Shown in pieces: positions 1 through 10,910 of a stretch of 64,000 nt of DNA. The notes under the pieces are model-generated. The model had not been told where the DNA came from. It searched no databases and saw nothing but the letters and a program-made list of their open reading frames with translations. Location of the stretch: contig JAHZGA010000001.1 of the NCBI GenBank assembly GCA_019421005.1, forward strand, positions 38,265 to 102,264, in the 5' to 3' direction. Source of the stretch: a bacterium (GTDB lineage Bacteria; Bacillota_I; Bacilli_A; RF39; UBA660). Within the stretch, counting starts at the first letter, position 1. Each line of letters opens with the position of its first letter. The translations under genes and the position numbers were made by a program.

Positions 1-762
1 TTAAAGCTATTCTACTAATTAATAAAGCTTTTTTAGAAACAATCAATTCATCATTTATAAGTTCAGCTTTTTTTAATTTAGGTGCAATAAATTTATGAAT
101 TGAAATTGTACCAGCTATCGAAATTAAAATTGTTCCAACAATCATGATATATAAATTAGAAAATAATCCATAAACATAATCTTTATCTACATCTAAACGA
201 GCAGCTTGTTCAGTTAATGTTCCTAATAAATAATCATCATAATTAAATATAATACCTGAACCATATCCTAAAGTTATTCCTAAAAAAATAGTTAAAATAC
301 CTAAAATAGGGTTTTTACCAATTGTTTTATATAATACTCCTATTAAAGGAAGTAAAATTATATAACTATATTCTCCTATTACTGATGAAATAACACCTAG
401 GAAAAAGACTAAAAAAGTTAAAACAACTGGATTAATTTTTCTTAAAGGCTTAAAAGTAGCTTTAAATAAACCACTTGCTTCTCCTATTCCTACAGCTATT
501 AAAGATATAATAAACAATACAAGGGGTTCAAATAACATAAAATTAGTTATTATTCCACTTGTTAAATATTTAAAACCTTCAAATGAAAATATGTTATTTA
601 CAGTTATTAAGTTAGTTTCTAAATGACCATTAGTAATTATAGTCTTATCAGCTTCAAATCCAATTATAGATAGAATAAAACTAGCTATCATTATCAAAAA
701 AGTCATTATTAAAATAGTTACTATTGGTCCAAATAGTCTATTTTTTTTCTTCTTTTTTTTCA
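1..762 (-). CDS. AbgT-family (p-aminobenzoyl-glutamate transporter-like) membrane transporter; partial, C-terminal part lies outside the window
   Basis: The minus-strand ORF starts at ATG 762-760 behind a GGAGG RBS. N-terminus MKKKKKKNRLFGPIV... is followed by multiple hydrophobic helices. Block similarity to AbgT (..GFAPLGAILALVLGAGLAE.. / ..ALVIMPPMGALIFLAVGRHP..) was recalled from memory. The ORF is missing from the six-frame track because it runs off the window edge. Confidence 0.55.
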
Positions 763-772
763 TGTATACCTC

Positions 773-958
773 CTAAAATGTTATAACTTTTTTTAGTTTT
801 TTATTAAATTCTATTCTTGGCATCATAATACATCTATTACAGTTACAACATTTAATTTTAATATCCGCCCCTATTCTTACTATTTGCCATTCATTATAAC
901 CACAAGGATGTGGTTTTTTCATTATAACAATACTATTTAATTGATAATTTTTATCCAT
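773..958 (-). CDS. DUF951-family small Cys-rich protein (YyzM-like)
   Basis: 61 aa containing MKKPHPCG..W.I.R.GADI.IKC..C motifs. It sits next to parB-mscS, as in other Firmicutes. Confidence 0.5.
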   Translation of the reverse strand: MDKNYQLNSIVIMKKPHPCGYNEWQIVRIGADIKIKCCNCNRCIMMPRIEFNKKLKKVITF

Positions 959-1769
959 TATGTAACACCACCTGTTGATAAGGTATCATTATTTTATTTT
1001 TATCAAATTCATCTTTTATTTCTTTTAATAAAATTCTTTGAACCATTAAATGTTTCATTGGTTTTGTTTCAACTGAAATCATTATATCAATTGAATTATA
1101 ATTTAAACTATCTATTCCAGCTATACTAATTTTACCTTTTAAATCACTTATTTCAGTGTTTAATCGTTCAAATAATTTATTTAATATTTTATAAACCTTA
1201 TCAATATTTTCATTATGATCAATTGATACATTAACTACAGCAAGAGAATTTTGAATACTATGATTTATAACAGAAGCAATATTTCTATTAGCAATAATGT
1301 TAACTTCTCCTGTTAAAGCCTTTAATTTAGTTGTTTTTAAACTTAAACTAATTACTTCTCCTTGAAAAGATCCAATTGTAACAGTATCGCCAACTGTATA
1401 TTGATTTTCTAACATAATAGTAAAACCTGCTATAAAATCTTTCAAAATATCTTGAAGTGCTAAACCGGCTACTACACCGACAACTCCTAAAGAAGTTATT
1501 ATTCCTGTTGTATTAATACCAAATATATTTAAAATAATCACAACATCAATTATTAAAATTAAATATTTAATAATATTTATTAATAAATTACATAACATAG
1601 TTTGTCTTCTTTTATTAATATGTCTATTATTTAAATGTTCTTTGGTCAATTTGAAAGCTTTTTTTATTATATACTTTATAAAATAATAAAGCAAGAGGGA
1701 AATAACAATAACCCATAATGGTCCTACAACCTCTTTAATTAAAATAGTTTCAAGAAATGTCTTTTTCAT
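951..1769 (-). CDS. mscS: Small-conductance mechanosensitive channel (MscS family)
   Basis: Three N-terminal TM helices followed by the MscS beta-domain signature ..GVVGVVAGLALQDILKDFIAGF..VGD.V..G...G.V....L..T. Confidence 0.8.
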   Translation of the reverse strand: MKKTFLETILIKEVVGPLWVIVISLLLYYFIKYIIKKAFKLTKEHLNNRHINKRRQTMLCNLLINIIKYLILIIDVVIILNIFGINTTGIITSLGVVGVVAGLALQDILKDFIAGFTIMLENQYTVGDTVTIGSFQGEVISLSLKTTKLKALTGEVNIIANRNIASVINHSIQNSLAVVNVSIDHNENIDKVYKILNKLFERLNTEISDLKGKISIAGIDSLNYNSIDIMISVETKPMKHLMVQRILLKEIKDEFDKNKIMIPYQQVVLHNG

Positions 1770-1773
1770 AAAA

Positions 1774-2655
1774 TCATTCCTTTACATCAATAATTTCTAA
1801 AATACGATTTAAATCTGCTACATTATTAAAACCAATCTCTATTTTTTTATCTTTTATTACAACTTTAGTATCTAATTTATCTCTTAATAAATCTTCAGCA
1901 TATTTATAATCTTTGTTAACTTCTTTAACTTTTCTAGTTATCTTTACTTTTTTGCTAATATCATCATCTAAAGCTATTTTTTCAACATCACGGACAATTA
2001 GTTTTTCATCAACTATTTTATTGGCAATTTCTTTTATTTTTTCATTATCTTCTAATTTACTTAATACTCTAGCATGTCCCATAGTAATTTTATTTTCATT
2101 AACCATTTCTTGAACTTCGCTAGGTAATCTTAATAAACCTAAAATATTAGTAATATGACTACGACTTTTACCAACTTTTTTACTTAATTGTTCTTGAGTT
2201 AAATTAAGTTGTTCTAACATAGTTTTATAAGCTGTTGCTTCTTCAATCGCACTTAAGTTTTCCCTTTGTAAATTTTCTAATAACCCAATTTCCATCATTT
2301 GTTCATCAGTAAAAGGTCTTACAATAGCAGGTATTGTTTTTTTACCAGCTATTTTAGAAGCTCTTAATCTTCTTTCACCAGCTATAATGTCATAACCTTT
2401 AATACTTTTTTTAACAATTATTGGTTGGAAAACACCATATTCTTTAATAGATAAAGCTAAATCATTTAAAGCTTCCTCATCAAATATTTGTCTAGGTTGA
2501 TAAGGATTAGGACGTAATTCATCAATGTTTATATCAATTATTTCTTCTTTAGAAACAGTTTCATAAATATGTCTTTCAATACTATCAACATCTAAATTTT
2601 CATTATTAAATAATTGTTCTAGACCTAACCCCAATGCTTTCTTTTTAGTTTCCAT
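1774..2655 (-). CDS. parB: Chromosome partitioning protein ParB/Spo0J
   Basis: ParB N-terminal box ..PNPYQPR..F.EE.L..L..SI...G..QPIIV..., the GERR motif, and a GGGAGG RBS. Confidence 0.85.
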   Translation of the reverse strand: METKKKALGLGLEQLFNNENLDVDSIERHIYETVSKEEIIDINIDELRPNPYQPRQIFDEEALNDLALSIKEYGVFQPIIVKKSIKGYDIIAGERRLRASKIAGKKTIPAIVRPFTDEQMMEIGLLENLQRENLSAIEEATAYKTMLEQLNLTQEQLSKKVGKSRSHITNILGLLRLPSEVQEMVNENKITMGHARVLSKLEDNEKIKEIANKIVDEKLIVRDVEKIALDDDISKKVKITRKVKEVNKDYKYAEDLLRDKLDTKVVIKDKKIEIGFNNVADLNRILEIIDVKE

Positions 2656-3430
2656 TTTTAATTATTACCTCCCTTGCTAAATTTAAATAAGCTTCTGTTC
2701 CACGACTTTTAGGTTCATAATATATAATTGGTTTTCTATGTGATGGAGCTTCAGCTAATTTTACTAATCTAGGTATAATAGTATCATAAACACTTTCTTT
2801 AAAGTAACTTTTTATATCTTCAACTACTTCTAATCCTAAATTAGTTCTGTTATCTAACATAGTTAATAATACTCCTTCGATACCTAATGTTGGATTTAAA
2901 GTTTTTTGAGCCATCATTATTGTATTTAATAATTGCATAATTCCTTCTAAAGCAAAAAATTCACATTGTACTGGTATCATAACTGTATCTGTTGCGGTTA
3001 AAGCATTTATAGTTAATATACCTAATGATGGAGGACAATCTATTATAATATAATCAAACATTTCTTTTGCAAGTTCTAGATGTTTTTTTAATTGTTCTCC
3101 TTTAACAAAACCATTTTCTACTCTACTTTTTTCCATTAATTCGATATCCACACCTGCTAAATTAATTGTAGCAGGAATTACATATAGTTGTTTAAATTTA
3201 GTTTTAACTATTACTTCTTTTAAGGTAGCTTGATCTATTAATAAATCATAAACACTTTTTTCAATATCTGCTTTATTTATTCCTACACCTGTTGTTGCAT
3301 TTCCTTGTGGATCTAAATCAATTAATAAACATTTTTTATTTAAAGCTCCTAAAGAAGCAGCCAAATTAATACTTGAAGTGGTTTTACCAACACCACCTTT
3401 TTGATTAACTAATGATATAATTTTTCCCAT
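2645..3430 (-). CDS. parA: Chromosome partitioning ATPase ParA/Soj
   Basis: Deviant Walker A motif KGGVGKTT at the N-terminus, in the ParA/MinD family. Confidence 0.85.
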   Translation of the reverse strand: MGKIISLVNQKGGVGKTTSSINLAASLGALNKKCLLIDLDPQGNATTGVGINKADIEKSVYDLLIDQATLKEVIVKTKFKQLYVIPATINLAGVDIELMEKSRVENGFVKGEQLKKHLELAKEMFDYIIIDCPPSLGILTINALTATDTVMIPVQCEFFALEGIMQLLNTIMMAQKTLNPTLGIEGVLLTMLDNRTNLGLEVVEDIKSYFKESVYDTIIPRLVKLAEAPSHRKPIIYYEPKSRGTEAYLNLAREVIIKNGN

Positions 3431-3737
3431 AACTCACCATCTTCTCACTATTATCTATTTTATCATAAAATTATTACTTAAGTCTATAATTTTTACAATT
3501 TAAAACCTAGTTATTAATAAACTAGACTTTTATTGCTAAACTAACTACCTAAATAAGTTAATTTAATATATCCATTTCCACTATGACCAGTTAGGGATGA
3601 TAAATTTCGATTTGTTTTTCCATTAATTAATGATAATATATATTTCATCAGTTATTATAATTGATTGTTATATTTTTTACTTATCTACTCCAAATAGATA
3701 CATCACTTTTAAATTTTTATTCAATAAAAAAAACCGA

Positions 3738-5729
3738 TTACTCAGTTTTCTTTAAATTTTCAATCAATTCTTCTTTATTCATTGTAGAATAATTTTTTAT
3801 ACCTTTTTCTTTTGCAAGAGTTTTTAATTCATTTAAACTTAAATCATCATATGATAATTCTTTAAAATCACTTTTATCTACTTCATTATCATCACTAGGC
3901 ATACAACCATTTTCTACTAAATATTCTATTTGTTCTTTAGTTAAAATTTCATATTCAATTAAAGCTTCAGCTATTAAATCTAACAATTTTCTATTTTCTT
4001 TAATAATTTTAGTTGTTTTTTCATAACATTCTTTAATAATTTTTCTTTGTTCTTGATCTATTTCAAATGCAACTTGACTAGAAAAATTACGACTTTTATT
4101 ATAATCACGACCTAAAAATACACTTGACTCTTGATGTTCATATTGCATAGGTCCTAAATCACTCATACCATATTCAGTAACCATTGAACGCGCGATTTTG
4201 GTAGCTTTTTCAAAATCATTATGTGCGCCTGTTGTAACCTCATTAAAAATAAGTTCTTCAGCAACACGACCACCTAATAAACCACTTATGGTTTCTAATA
4301 ATTCTTTTTTAGTAGATAACATTGTTTCTTCTTTAGGTAACATTAGATTATATCCCCCAGCAGCGCCACGAGGAATAATAGTTATTTTTTGAACTTCATT
4401 CGCACCCTCTAATTTAATACCTACAACTGCGTGACCAGCTTCATGATAAGCAACAACTTTTTTCTCATGTTCAGTATATTTTTTAGTTTTTTTAGCAGGA
4501 CCCATTAAAACACGATCATGAGCTTCATCTATTTCAGCCATTGTAATAGCATTTTTATTTCTTCTTACTGTTAATAAAGCAGCTTCATTTAATAAGTTCT
4601 CTAAATCAGCTCCACTAAATCCAACTGTTCTTTTAGCAATATTTGCTAAAGTTACATTTTTAGCAAAAGTTTTTCCTTTAGCATGAACTTGTAAAATTTC
4701 TTCACGACCTTTTACATCAGGTAAATTAACTGTTACTTGGCGATCAAATCTACCAGGTCTTAATAATGCTGGGTCTAATACATCAGGCCTATTAGTTGCA
4801 GCTATTACAATAATCCCTTCATTTGCACCAAAACCATCCATTTCAGTTAATAATTGATTTAAAGTTTGTTCTCTCTCATCATGTCCACCGCCTAAACCAG
4901 CACCTCTTTGACGTCCAACTGCATCAATTTCATCTATAAAAATTAAACACGGAGCATTATGTTTTGCTTGCTTAAACATATCACGAACACGACTTGCACC
5001 TACACCAACAAATAACTCTACAAAATCAGATCCACTTATATAATAAAATGGTACATTAGCTTCTCCTGCAACAGCTTTAGCAAGTAAAGTTTTACCTGTA
5101 CCTGGAGGACCTACTAATAACACACCTTTAGGAATACGTGCTCCCATTTTTTGAAATTTCTTTGGACTTTTTAAGAAATCTATTAATTCAGAAACTTCTT
5201 CTTTTTCTTCAACTAAACCAGCAACATCAGTAAATTTTACTTTTCCACCATCTTCACTTAATTTAGCGCGACTCTTACCAAAGTCCATTGATTTATTAGC
5301 TCCTCCCATTTGACGAGTAATAAACCAAAATGCTAAACCTAATAATAATACCATTGGTAAAACATTTACAACAAATAATAAAATGGTACTTGATCCAGGA
5401 TCACTAGTAGTTTTAATTTTAAAACTATTTAATTCTTCTAAATCATATATTTTAGCAACTGTATCTGTTTCTAAAGGAACTCTAAAATAAAATAATTCTC
5501 CTTTTTCATAACTTTTTAAACTACCACTTATTTCATAAATACCAGCCCTACTTTTTGGAGTAATAGTAATTTCTTTTACTTCTCCTTTATTAGCAAAACT
5601 AACAAATTTGTCATAAGTTATCTCTTCTACATTTTTATTTCCAATATTAACAAAATACATTATTGAAACTATAATTAAAAATAAAAATACATACGGTAAA
5701 AAACTTCTTTTTACAATTTTTTTGTTCAT
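3738..5729 (-). CDS. ftsH: ATP-dependent zinc metalloprotease FtsH, carrying an extra C-terminal SAP/Rho_N-like tail of about 60 aa
   Basis: AAA+ Walker A GPPGTGKT, the SRH, the HEAGHA zinc motif and two N-terminal TM helices. Confidence 0.95.
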   Translation of the reverse strand: MNKKIVKRSFLPYVFLFLIIVSIMYFVNIGNKNVEEITYDKFVSFANKGEVKEITITPKSRAGIYEISGSLKSYEKGELFYFRVPLETDTVAKIYDLEELNSFKIKTTSDPGSSTILLFVVNVLPMVLLLGLAFWFITRQMGGANKSMDFGKSRAKLSEDGGKVKFTDVAGLVEEKEEVSELIDFLKSPKKFQKMGARIPKGVLLVGPPGTGKTLLAKAVAGEANVPFYYISGSDFVELFVGVGASRVRDMFKQAKHNAPCLIFIDEIDAVGRQRGAGLGGGHDEREQTLNQLLTEMDGFGANEGIIVIAATNRPDVLDPALLRPGRFDRQVTVNLPDVKGREEILQVHAKGKTFAKNVTLANIAKRTVGFSGADLENLLNEAALLTVRRNKNAITMAEIDEAHDRVLMGPAKKTKKYTEHEKKVVAYHEAGHAVVGIKLEGANEVQKITIIPRGAAGGYNLMLPKEETMLSTKKELLETISGLLGGRVAEELIFNEVTTGAHNDFEKATKIARSMVTEYGMSDLGPMQYEHQESSVFLGRDYNKSRNFSSQVAFEIDQEQRKIIKECYEKTTKIIKENRKLLDLIAEALIEYEILTKEQIEYLVENGCMPSDDNEVDKSDFKELSYDDLSLNELKTLAKEKGIKNYSTMNKEELIENLKKTE

Positions 5730-5746
5730 TATATAATCTTCCCTTC

Positions 5747-7051
5747 TTAATAATACTTTAGTACTATATCATACTTGCCTTTTTCGGATTTGTCAAGTAT
5801 AGATTTTTTTAACCCTGGCAACCAAACAATCGTATTATTGCTATCAACAACAATTGGCCAGTTTTTCCTTTGATTTAATGGAATTTTATTATCAATAAAT
5901 ATATCATTTATCTTTTTATGACCATCCATATTTTTAACAAGCATCTTATCCCCATTATTCCTTGTTCTTATGTAAAGCGGTAGTGAAATTTCATTACTAT
6001 TAAGTCTACATAAGTAATTACTATCAACATCATCATCTATTATTACAATATTTTTACCGTTTGGTAAATTATTAACTTCTTTTAATTCAATATTGTATTC
6101 TTCTATATTTAATTCATCAAAACTAAATTCACATATATTGTAAGTTTTAATCATTTTTAAATTATTTGGTAAATAAATATTAGTATTTGTCTTTGAAGAA
6201 TTAATAAGTTCCATAATTAATTTAACATGATTATCATTAATTAAATATATTCTTTCTTGATAAAGTTCCAATAAAATTAAATTAATAATCTCTTTTTGAA
6301 TAAGTTTATCAATAGTTAAAAATAAATCTATATTTAAAACATTAGCTTGATAAACTTTGTCTTTTTCAATTGAAGCTATTTTTAAAACATAATTTTCATA
6401 TTGTTCTAATAAACAACTAAAATCATTAAACTTCTTAATAACATTTTTATTCTCACTTTTTAAAAAAGGTAAAACTTTCTTGCGGTAACGATTTCTTGTA
6501 TACTTATCCTTATAATTAGAATTATCTATAACATATGGAATATTAACCGATTTATCATAATTTTCAATTTCATCTTTAGAATTCATAATAAATGGTCTTA
6601 AAATAGTATAATTATTTTTAACAGTTTCTCTTTTAAAACCACTATAACCTTTTAAAGAAGAACCTCTTACTAAACGCATTAATATCGTTTCCATTAAATC
6701 ATCACCATGATGAGCAGTTAATAAATATTTTGCGCCATACTTATTAACAATATCCTCAAAATATTGATATCTAAAATCACGTGCTTGCTTATGAAAATTC
6801 TCATCACTATAATTTTTAATTTCAGTTTGTTCAAAAATAACATCAATCTTATGACAATAATCCTTAACAAAAATAGCCTCATCCTTGCTAACAGCTCTGA
6901 TGTTATGATTAATATGCGCGCATACAACATGATTACATACTTTTCTAGTCAAAGTTAATAAAGCCATTGAATCTGGACCACCAGAAACAGCAACAACAAC
7001 ATAATCATCTTTATCTATTTTTCCTTTTAAATATTCTATTACCTTATTCAT
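5747..7051 (-). CDS. tilS: tRNA(Ile)-lysidine synthetase TilS
   Basis: PP-loop motif SGGPDS. TilS sits directly upstream of ftsH, as in Firmicutes, but with no hprT between them. Confidence 0.85.
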   Translation of the reverse strand: MNKVIEYLKGKIDKDDYVVVAVSGGPDSMALLTLTRKVCNHVVCAHINHNIRAVSKDEAIFVKDYCHKIDVIFEQTEIKNYSDENFHKQARDFRYQYFEDIVNKYGAKYLLTAHHGDDLMETILMRLVRGSSLKGYSGFKRETVKNNYTILRPFIMNSKDEIENYDKSVNIPYVIDNSNYKDKYTRNRYRKKVLPFLKSENKNVIKKFNDFSCLLEQYENYVLKIASIEKDKVYQANVLNIDLFLTIDKLIQKEIINLILLELYQERIYLINDNHVKLIMELINSSKTNTNIYLPNNLKMIKTYNICEFSFDELNIEEYNIELKEVNNLPNGKNIVIIDDDVDSNYLCRLNSNEISLPLYIRTRNNGDKMLVKNMDGHKKINDIFIDNKIPLNQRKNWPIVVDSNNTIVWLPGLKKSILDKSEKGKYDIVLKYY

Positions 7052-7087
7052 AATATCACCAATTTATTTTCTCTATCCCATTCTGCT

Positions 7088-7705
7088 CTAAAAATTATTT
7101 ATTTTAGAAAAAGGTCTACTATTAAAAAAACCTCTATTAGCTGACAAAGGAGATGGATGAACACTCTCAATTATAAAATGACGCTTATTAGTTATAAGTT
7201 CTTTTTTACTTCTAGCATAACTACCCCATAAAACAAAAACAACTGGTTTTTCGCGTTCATTTAATAAAGAAATTATTTTATCAGTAAATATTTCCCAACC
7301 TCTATTTTTATGAGAAAGAGGTCTATCTTTTTGAACAGTCATAATAGAATTAAGAAGTAACACACCCTCTTTAGCCCAGCTAGTTAAATCATTAGTTGTT
7401 TTTTTAATACCTAAATCATTTTCTAATTCCTTAAAAATATTATTCAATGATGGAGGTCTTTTAACACCATCTAATACCGAAAAAGATAACCCATGAGCTT
7501 CATTTTCACCATGGTAAGGATCTTGCCCTAAAATTACTACCTTTACCTCATCATAATCAGTATATCTTAAACAATTAAAAATATTATTATATTTAGGATA
7601 TATTATTTTATTTTTATACTCATTTTTAACAAAAAGTCCTAGAGACTTAAAATAATCTTTTTTAAACTCATCTTTTAAAAGAATATCCCATTTTTTATTT
7701 ACCAT
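7088..7705 (-). CDS. ung: Uracil-DNA glycosylase (family 1)
   Basis: GQDPYH and HPSPLS motifs. Confidence 0.85.
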   Translation of the reverse strand: MVNKKWDILLKDEFKKDYFKSLGLFVKNEYKNKIIYPKYNNIFNCLRYTDYDEVKVVILGQDPYHGENEAHGLSFSVLDGVKRPPSLNNIFKELENDLGIKKTTNDLTSWAKEGVLLLNSIMTVQKDRPLSHKNRGWEIFTDKIISLLNEREKPVVFVLWGSYARSKKELITNKRHFIIESVHPSPLSANRGFFNSRPFSKINNF

Positions 7706-7768
7706 ATACTTCTCCCTACATCAATAATTTTAACATTTTTTATTAAAATTATCAACTAGTTTACTTTG

Positions 7769-9016
7769 TTAAGTAGTAATTTCATTAATTAACTTTCCTA
7801 TTGCACAAACATTTATAATTGCAAGTAAAGAAACTAGAAAATCAACTATTCCCCATAACTTTCTAGAAGAAGCAACTGCCCCATAAAATACTACTAAAAT
7901 AGTCATCAGTTTTAAAACTATAATCATTTTATTTTGAGATTTCAACGTAAATTTTAAACAAGTTTCTCCATAATAATATCCTGTTAAAATAGTTGAAAAA
8001 GAAAATAAAATTATACAAAAAATCATAATTACATTGCCAAAATACCCCATATGATAATTAAAAGCTTGCATAGTAAGTTCAATTCCATTTATATCAGTTA
8101 AATTAATACCTTGATAATTAAAACTCATCACAATAAAAGCAGTTACAGTACATACTAATAAAGTAGTTATATAAATACCTAACATTTGAATATATCCATT
8201 ATTTTCTATTTTTTTAATACTACTAGTTGATGAAGAAATAGAACCAGTACCTAATCCAGCTTCATTAGAAAATATTCCTCTTTGAACTCCTACTATTAAT
8301 ACTCCTACTAAAGATTTTAATTCAAAAGCTGATGTAATAATTTGATTAAAAAATATTGGTATTTTATCAAACTCTTTAATAAAAACAAATAATCCACATA
8401 ATAAATAAACTATTAACATAAAAGGTACTATTTTATTAATTGCTGAAGATATTTTTTTAATTCCACCCCAAATTATAAATAAAGAAACTAAACTTAATAT
8501 TATAGCAATTAAATAAGGATTAATATTATAAACTTCATTTATTGATTTAGTTATTGTATTAGCTTGAATACTTATAAATCCTCCTACATAACTAATTATT
8601 ATTATAATAGAATAAATAATAGCTACTTTTTTACTTAAACATTGTTTAATATAATAAGGCGCCCCTCCTATATAATTATCATTTTCCTTAACTCTATATT
8701 TCATTCCTAAAATGGTTTCCCCATAAGTAATAGAAGCACATATAATTGCACTTACCCACATCCAAAAAATAGTGCCTGGTCCAGCTATATAAATTGCTAA
8801 AGCTACACCAGCAACACTACCTACTCCTATTCTTCCTCCTAAAGTTAAAAATAAAGTATTTAGTAATTTAGAACCACTATCATCTTTAATAAAAATACTT
8901 TTAAACATTTTTATTAAATTAAATTGAATAAATCTTAATTTTATTGTTAGCTTAATTCCAACTAAAACTATCATTGCAATTGCAATAGCCCATAACATTT
9001 TCATAATTATTTCCAT
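7769..9016 (-). CDS. Sodium:alanine (amino acid carrier, AGCS family) symporter
   Basis: Polytopic membrane protein with the AGCS signature ..GGPGTIFWMW..A..G....E..LG..YR. Confidence 0.7.
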   Translation of the reverse strand: MEIIMKMLWAIAIAMIVLVGIKLTIKLRFIQFNLIKMFKSIFIKDDSGSKLLNTLFLTLGGRIGVGSVAGVALAIYIAGPGTIFWMWVSAIICASITYGETILGMKYRVKENDNYIGGAPYYIKQCLSKKVAIIYSIIIIISYVGGFISIQANTITKSINEVYNINPYLIAIILSLVSLFIIWGGIKKISSAINKIVPFMLIVYLLCGLFVFIKEFDKIPIFFNQIITSAFELKSLVGVLIVGVQRGIFSNEAGLGTGSISSSTSSIKKIENNGYIQMLGIYITTLLVCTVTAFIVMSFNYQGINLTDINGIELTMQAFNYHMGYFGNVIMIFCIILFSFSTILTGYYYGETCLKFTLKSQNKMIIVLKLMTILVVFYGAVASSRKLWGIVDFLVSLLAIINVCAIGKLINEITT

Positions 9017-9046
9017 ATTATTTTATATGTTATGAACTAATTTTAA

Positions 9047-9862
9047 TTAACTTAATTCATCAGCAATTTGAATAAATTGTTTTAATTCTAATTCCTCTGC
9101 CCGAACATTTAAACTTAAATTCATTTTAGATAAAATTTTTTCTAATTTAACTAAATCATAATTTTTTAAATTATTCCTTAAAGTTTTTCTCTTTTGTTTA
9201 AAACTATCTCTAACAAGATTAAAAAATAAATCTTCATTTTTAACCTTTAACTTTTCTTTTTTAGTAAATTCTAAAACAATACTATCTACTCTAGGTTTAG
9301 GAATAAATACATTAGGAGAAATATCCATTATTTTTTTTATATTAAAATAATAATTTAAATAAACAGTTAAAGAACCATAATCTTTAGAATTAACATTAGC
9401 TTTAAAACGATTACCAACTTCCTTTTGAACCATAACAACTATTTTATCAACATTTATCTTATCATTTATTATTTTCATTATTATTGGTGTTGTTATATAA
9501 TAAGGTAAATTAGCAACTACATAAATAAATTCATTATTATATTTTTTTAAATCGGATATGATATCTCTTTTTAAAAAATCATCATAAATAACTTCAACAT
9601 TATCATCCATTTTATCTAAAAAAGGTTTTAAATCTTTATCTATTTCATAACATAAAACATTTTTAACTGTTTTACTTAATTTTTTTGTTAAAGAACCTGC
9701 TCCTGGACCTATTTCAATTACTAAAGAATTATCTTTTAAATCAGATTTTTTTATTATGCTATCAATTATATTTTCATCAATAATAAAATTTTGACCAAAC
9801 TTTTTTTTAAATTTAAAGTTTTCATCATTTAAATTCTCTTGCATTTTTTTAGGTGAATACAT
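9047..9862 (-). CDS. rsmA: 16S rRNA (adenine1518/1519-N6)-dimethyltransferase RsmA/KsgA
   Basis: FGQNF..D motif and SAM-binding motif EIGPGAGSLT. A GGAGGG RBS sits 6 nt upstream. The ATG overlaps the tatD stop codon. Confidence 0.85.
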   Translation of the reverse strand: MYSPKKMQENLNDENFKFKKKFGQNFIIDENIIDSIIKKSDLKDNSLVIEIGPGAGSLTKKLSKTVKNVLCYEIDKDLKPFLDKMDDNVEVIYDDFLKRDIISDLKKYNNEFIYVVANLPYYITTPIIMKIINDKINVDKIVVMVQKEVGNRFKANVNSKDYGSLTVYLNYYFNIKKIMDISPNVFIPKPRVDSIVLEFTKKEKLKVKNEDLFFNLVRDSFKQKRKTLRNNLKNYDLVKLEKILSKMNLSLNVRAEELELKQFIQIADELS

Positions 9863-10602
9863 TATTTACCCTCCAATTCAAAAAATTGATAAGCATTCTT
9901 AGTAGTATTGTCAATTACTTCTTCTAAAGTAATATTTTTAATTTCAGCTATTTTTTTAGCAACATAATAAACATTTTTAGGTTCATTTACTTTTCCTCTA
10001 AAAGGTTCTGGACTTAAATAAGGACTATCTGTTTCTAATACCAAATTACTTAAATCTATTTTTTCTACAACATTCTTTAATTTATCAGCATTTTTAAAAG
10101 TTACAACTCCACCTATTCCAAATTTAACATTAATTTTCATTAATTCATAGGCACATTCTAAACTATAACTATAACAATGCATTAATTTTTTTATTTGTTT
10201 ATAATCTTTTAAAATATTATAAGTATCAATATAAGCATCTCTACTATGAATTACAATTGGTAAATTATATTTATCTGCTAAAGATATCTGTTTAATAAAC
10301 CATTCTTTTTGAATATCACTTTTATCTTTACCCCAATGATAATCTAAACCTATTTCACCTATACCAACTATTTTAGGATTATTTAAATTATCTTCAATAA
10401 ATTTTAAACTTTCATCATTAAAATCATCATATTCAGTTGGATGTATTCCAATAGTACCATAAATACGTTCATACTTATTAACTAATTCAATTACTTCTCT
10501 ATTAGTCTTATCATCATTCCCGCTGATGACAATAATTCCATCCATATTATTTAAAGCATTTATAACACTATTTTTATCCATATGACAATGTGTATCAACC
10601 AT
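9862..10602 (-). CDS. tatD: TatD-family metal-dependent DNase/hydrolase (YabD)
   Basis: N-terminus MVDTHCHMD. A GGAGG RBS favours the start at 10602. Position metG-tatD-...-ksgA is as in Bacillus. Confidence 0.8.
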   Translation of the reverse strand: MVDTHCHMDKNSVINALNNMDGIIVISGNDDKTNREVIELVNKYERIYGTIGIHPTEYDDFNDESLKFIEDNLNNPKIVGIGEIGLDYHWGKDKSDIQKEWFIKQISLADKYNLPIVIHSRDAYIDTYNILKDYKQIKKLMHCYSYSLECAYELMKINVKFGIGGVVTFKNADKLKNVVEKIDLSNLVLETDSPYLSPEPFRGKVNEPKNVYYVAKKIAEIKNITLEEVIDNTTKNAYQFFELEGK

Positions 10603-10910
10603 AATAACCTCCATTTTATCTCATCAAAAAATTACATCGCAATGACATAATTTTTTATCTTTTAATACTAATATATTTTACGTTATAAAACACAAGTAAT
10701 AATAAATAACAAAAATCTATTACATTAAATTTAACAATCAAACTACCAATTACTAAAACATACAGAATAAATAAAGCAATTATTACCCACTTCCGATCCT
10801 TTTTTTCAGTAATCATTTTATTCTCCTTTTATTCTACAAATTTAATATATCATTTATAATAGATTTTTACTAGTGTTTTCATAATTAAATCATCGACATT
10901 TTACAACATT

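Noticed and set aside
3506-3524. Near-palindrome CTAGTTATTAATAAACTAG in the 300-bp ftsH-parA spacer, a possible operator or small RNA.
   Set aside because: It is imperfect and isolated, with no flanking promoter or terminator I could recognise. There is insufficient evidence.
10655-10815. Apparent 53-aa hydrophobic small ORF with a GGAG RBS in the metG-tatD spacer.
   Set aside because: On careful base-by-base reading, the frame hits TGA after 25 codons (..GGT AGT TGA), so my first reading had a miscounted T. There is no convincing small protein here.
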